From Thermoprotei archaeon (GTDB lineage Archaea > Thermoproteota > Thermoprotei > Thermoproteales > B15-G16), in assembly GCA_003649205.1 (NCBI GenBank), contig QMRC01000001.1, forward strand, positions 192,001 through 256,000: DNA of 64,000 bases, written 5' to 3'. The notes under the pieces were generated by a model. That model searched no databases. It was not told where the DNA came from and saw only the letters and a list, made by a program, of their open reading frames with translations. Positions 60,336 through 64,000 of the stretch are shown in pieces (the first letter of the stretch is position 1; each line of letters begins with the position of its first letter). A program made the translations under genes and the position numbers.

Positions 60336-60434
60336 ATGGTATTGTACGAGGAAGAATGGGAAGAGGAATGGGAGGAGGAAGAGTGGGAGGAAGAGGAATG
60401 GGAAGAAGAGGAGTGGGAAGAGGAAGAGTGGTAA
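60336..60434 (+). CDS. 32-aa acidic micropeptide MVLY(EEEW)2(EEEEW)4
   Basis: GGTGA RBS at 60326-60330, ATG 60336, TAA 60432-60434, TTTAAAT at 60297, T-tract downstream; mixed GAA/GAG codons. Confidence 0.75.
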   Translation: MVLYEEEWEEEWEEEEWEEEEWEEEEWEEEEW

Positions 60435-60545
60435 TTAGAAATTTTTCATAAATAATACAACACCTCTTTAAATAGTACCTCAATTCATACATTCCATGAT
60501 ACTTGAGCGAAATGTTTTTACGCACGTTGTAATCCTATCAAAAGG

Positions 60546-60857
60546 TTGGTAAGGGGTGTAAACTTGAAGTTCTGTCCAAAGTGTGGTAAGTTAATGATAC
60601 CACGTAGAGAAAAGGACAAGATCGTACTGATATGTCCTCAATGTAAGAACACTATTGAGGTCACTCACAGTGTAGAGGTCGGTTACAGAGTTAAGCACGA
60701 AGTTGAGGAAGAGAAGAGAACAAAAATGGCTATAGTTACCGGTACTGAGCGTAAGCTAACTGAGGAAGAGAGGCAGTTACTAGAGGACTACTACAAGGTA
60801 TTCCTAGAGACTTACATGGAAGCTGAAGAGACGTCAAGTGAGGAAGGTAGTGAGTGA
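60546..60857 (+). CDS. TFS/RpoM-like protein with N-terminal Zn ribbon only; start probably TTG 60564
   Basis: KFCPKCGKLMIP...LICPQC; helical acidic C-terminus without second ribbon. Confidence 0.7.
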   Translation: MVRGVNLKFCPKCGKLMIPRREKDKIVLICPQCKNTIEVTHSVEVGYRVKHEVEEEKRTKMAIVTGTERKLTEEERQLLEDYYKVFLETYMEAEETSSEEGSE

Positions 60858-60929
60858 AGGATAAACTTCAGCAATAGGTAGTTCTCGAACACCAAGTTAT
60901 ATAGTTCCTGTGAATCTGAATCAGCGAGT

Positions 60930-62753
60930 ATGGTTAGGGTAGCTGTCATTATAAAGGATAGGTGCAAGCCTAAGTACTGTAACAAGGAGTGTATTAGGTT
61001 TTGCCCACTAGCTAGGACAGGTAAGGAGGCAATTAAGTTCTCAGAAGAACTTGGTAGACCAGTGATATCTGAAGTACTATGTACTGGGTGCGGCATCTGT
61101 GTCAAGAAGTGTCCATTCAAGGCAATTTACATCGTGAATCTACCTGAAGAACTTGAAGAAGAGTGTGTTCATAGGTATGGACCTAGCGGATTTAAGCTCT
61201 ACAGACTACCAATTGTTAAGGAGGGTAAGGTACTTGGTCTAATTGGTCCTAATGCAATTGGAAAGACTACCGTCCTGAAGATACTTGCTGGTGAACTCAA
61301 GCCTAATCTAGGTTATGTAGATAGGGAACCCTCTTGGAGTGAAATAATTAAGCATTTTCGAGGTACTGAGTTGCAGATCTACTTCGAGAAGTTATCGAGA
61401 AGGGAATTGAAGGTAGTTCATAAACCTCAATTCATCGATGCTATTCCACGTGTTGTTAAGGGTAAGGTTCGTGATATCCTGAGTAGAGTAGCTGAGAGGA
61501 ATAGGTTGAGGGAGGTTATTGAGCTACTACACATGCAACATATCTTAGATAAGGACGTTAGTGTGCTTAGTGGTGGTGAACTACAGAAGTTAGCCATTGC
61601 AGCTGCTTACCTACGTGATGGAGATGTATATCTTTTCGATGAACCTTCATCACATCTTGACGTCCGTGAGAGGTTGAGAGCAGCTAAGTTGATTAGGAGG
61701 TTAGCGAGTGAAGGTAAGACCGTTGTCGTTGTTGAGCACGATCTAGCCGTGCTCGACTACGTATCTGACTACGTATGCGTTCTCTACGGTGCTCCAGGTG
61801 CATACGGTATAGTATCACTACCAAGAGGCGTTCGTGTTGGTATCAATGAGTACCTTGATGGCTTCCTAACAGCTGAGAACATGAGGATTAGACCAGAGCC
61901 GATTAGATTTAGATTGAGACCACCAGAGAGACAGAAGAGTAAGGAGAGGATATTGCTTAGCTGGTCTAGAATTGTCAAGAAGTTCCCTGGCTTCACTCTA
62001 GAGGTTGAGCCCGGTGAAGTCTATAGGGGTGAGGTAGTGGGTATCCTAGGACCGAACGGTATAGGTAAGACAACATTCGTGAAGATACTAGCTAACGTAC
62101 TCGAACCAGATGAGGGAGTAGTGGTACCGTACACAGAGAAGGTTAGGGTGAGCTACAAGCCACAGTACATAAAGCCAACAACAAGTGCTATTGTTGAGGA
62201 GGTATTCGCTAAGATAGACCCTAACTACAGGGATAAGTGGGTTTGGCATGAATTAGCTGAACCACTACAACTCACACACCTACTAAAAAGAGATATCATG
62301 GAGCTCAGTGGTGGTGAGCTTCAGAGAGTGGCTATCGCAGCTTGTCTCCTACGTGATGCCGAGATATACCTACTTGATGAGCCACTTGCCTACCTAGATA
62401 TTGAGCAGAGATTTGCTGTAGCTAAGGTACTTAGGAGGATTGCTGAGGAGAGAGAAGTTACAGTATTCGTAGTCGAGCACGATGTCATAATGCAGGACTT
62501 CATAGCTGATGCCATCATGGTCTTTAGCGGAGAACCAGGTGTACACGGTATAGCACATGCACCTGTAGGGCTGAGAGAGGGAATGAACATGTTCCTACGT
62601 GAGCTAGATGTTACTTTCAGACGTGACTTACACACTGGGAGGCCCAGGATAAACAAGGAAGGTTCATGGCTAGATAGGTACCAAAAGGAGGTACTGAAGG
62701 AATACTACTACATCCCTGAGAAACCTGAAGAGGAAAGAGAAGAGGAAGAGTAG
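60930..62753 (+). CDS. rli: Ribosome recycling ATPase ABCE1/RLI
   Basis: N-terminal 2x[4Fe-4S] Cys motifs, two ABC NBDs with LSGGELQ, RPRINK. Confidence 0.97.
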   Translation: MVRVAVIIKDRCKPKYCNKECIRFCPLARTGKEAIKFSEELGRPVISEVLCTGCGICVKKCPFKAIYIVNLPEELEEECVHRYGPSGFKLYRLPIVKEGKVLGLIGPNAIGKTTVLKILAGELKPNLGYVDREPSWSEIIKHFRGTELQIYFEKLSRRELKVVHKPQFIDAIPRVVKGKVRDILSRVAERNRLREVIELLHMQHILDKDVSVLSGGELQKLAIAAAYLRDGDVYLFDEPSSHLDVRERLRAAKLIRRLASEGKTVVVVEHDLAVLDYVSDYVCVLYGAPGAYGIVSLPRGVRVGINEYLDGFLTAENMRIRPEPIRFRLRPPERQKSKERILLSWSRIVKKFPGFTLEVEPGEVYRGEVVGILGPNGIGKTTFVKILANVLEPDEGVVVPYTEKVRVSYKPQYIKPTTSAIVEEVFAKIDPNYRDKWVWHELAEPLQLTHLLKRDIMELSGGELQRVAIAACLLRDAEIYLLDEPLAYLDIEQRFAVAKVLRRIAEEREVTVFVVEHDVIMQDFIADAIMVFSGEPGVHGIAHAPVGLREGMNMFLRELDVTFRRDLHTGRPRINKEGSWLDRYQKEVLKEYYYIPEKPEEEREEEE

Positions 62754-62868
62754 CAAGGTAAGGGTACCTAGCACTCAATAGGTATTAAATGAATTTGGTA
62801 CACATCAATATGCAAAAGCTTTTAAGAAAGTAAGGTACGTGCTAGAACAGAAACGAGGTGACTACTAA

Positions 62869-63999
62869 ATGCCAAGAAAGATAACAATTTCTCTAATTAA
62901 AGCTGACATAGGCTCAATACCAGGTCACGTCGTTGTCCACCCCAAACAACTAGAAGTTGCTAAGGAGAAAATGGAGGAAGCAAAGAAGAATGGACTCATA
63001 ATTGACTACTTTGTATTCAACTTCGGAGATGACCTAGCACTACTCATGACACATGAATACGGTGAAAACAACCCCAAGATACATGAGCTAGCTTGGACGA
63101 CATTTAAGGAGATAACCGAGAAGGTTTCGAAGAAACTAAAACTATACGCAGCTGGACAAGACCTACTAGTTGAGGCGTTTTCAGGAAATATCAGAGGAAT
63201 GGGACCACAGGTAGCAGAGATGGAGATTGAGGAGAGACCAAGTGAACCACTTGTAGTCTTCGGTGCAGACAAGACAGAACCAGGCGCATTTAACCTACCA
63301 CTATTCAGAATCTTTGCAGACCCATTCAATACAGCAGGACTAATAATCGATCCAAAGATGCACGATGGCTTCATATTCAGAGTACTAGACCTAATTGAAG
63401 GTCAGTACGTAGAGCTTAGATGTCCAGAGGAAATGTACGACCTACTAGCACTTATCGGTACACCAGGTAGGTACGTCATTGAGAGAGTATTCAGAAAGGA
63501 TGGGCTACCAGCAGCAGTCTGTAGCGTAACAAAGCTAAACCTCATAGCAGGTAGGTACGTAGGTAAGGACGATCCAGTATGCATGATCAGAGCACAGCAC
63601 GGACTACCAGCAGTTGGTGAGATACTAGAAGCATTTGCTTTCCCGCACCTAGTAGCGGGATGGATGAGAGGTAGTCACCACGGACCACTAATGCCAATGA
63701 AGATGATAAAGATCGACTGGGAGAACAAGATAGGTTACGGACCAAAGATGACAAGGTTCGACGGGCCACCAAAGATTGTAGCACTAGGATTCCAGCTACA
63801 TGACGGTTACCTAGAGGGACCAATAGACCTATTCGATGACCCAGCATTCGACTACACAAGACAGGTAGCAGCATACATAGCAGACTACATCAGGAGACAC
63901 GGACCATTCATGCCACATAGACTAGGACCAGAGGAGATGGAGTATACAACACTACCACAGGTACTAGAGAAGCTAAAGTCCAGATTTAAGAGGATGTAG
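62869..63999 (+). CDS. fbp: Fructose-1,6-bisphosphate aldolase/phosphatase (class V)
   Basis: KADIGSIPGH, YAAGQDL, DPFNTAGL, YVGKDDP, GWMRGSH, EMEYTTLP. Confidence 0.96.
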   Translation: MPRKITISLIKADIGSIPGHVVVHPKQLEVAKEKMEEAKKNGLIIDYFVFNFGDDLALLMTHEYGENNPKIHELAWTTFKEITEKVSKKLKLYAAGQDLLVEAFSGNIRGMGPQVAEMEIEERPSEPLVVFGADKTEPGAFNLPLFRIFADPFNTAGLIIDPKMHDGFIFRVLDLIEGQYVELRCPEEMYDLLALIGTPGRYVIERVFRKDGLPAAVCSVTKLNLIAGRYVGKDDPVCMIRAQHGLPAVGEILEAFAFPHLVAGWMRGSHHGPLMPMKMIKIDWENKIGYGPKMTRFDGPPKIVALGFQLHDGYLEGPIDLFDDPAFDYTRQVAAYIADYIRRHGPFMPHRLGPEEMEYTTLPQVLEKLKSRFKRM

Positions 64000-64000
64000 G

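Noticed and set aside
60298-60525. 75-aa Pro/Leu-rich minus-strand ORF; the repeat also considered as CRISPR or microsatellite
   Set aside because: Antisense shadow of the EEEEW gene; units are 12-15 nt with no spacers and synonymous variation

Overview
Gene-dense chromosomal segment of a (hyper)thermophilic archaeon, most likely Thermoproteota of Thermoproteales/Thermofilales type. This is inferred from a tRNA-Val with two BHB introns, dispersed r-protein genes, an uL6 with a GREGGPG insert and an FBP aldolase/phosphatase. Most genes are housekeeping: leuS, glyS, metG, top6AB, cdc6/orc1, tfe, rpo12, rpl6/15e/40e, tRNA-modification enzymes, ABCE1, psmB and fbp. There are 3 tRNAs. No integrase, transposase or CRISPR array was seen. 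Read directly from the DNA and absent from the ORF track: one H/ACA guide RNA (predicted 23S helix-71 target), two C/D-box sRNAs, a 32-aa (EEEEW)n micropeptide gene with its own TATA box, RBS and terminator, an endonuclease V gene lacking a canonical start codon, and ORB-like boxes upstream of cdc6. The best candidate for an undescribed system is a three-gene operon at 2706-4952: a longin/roadblock-like plus winged-helix protein, an HTH-SAM methyltransferase and an MglA/CvnD-type small GTPase. Other leads are a ribophorin-I-like membrane protein, an orphan VirB2-like pilin, and a degenerate DNA methyltransferase convergent with a YwgA/Panacea-like protein. All family calls are by motif recognition and recall; no searches were run.
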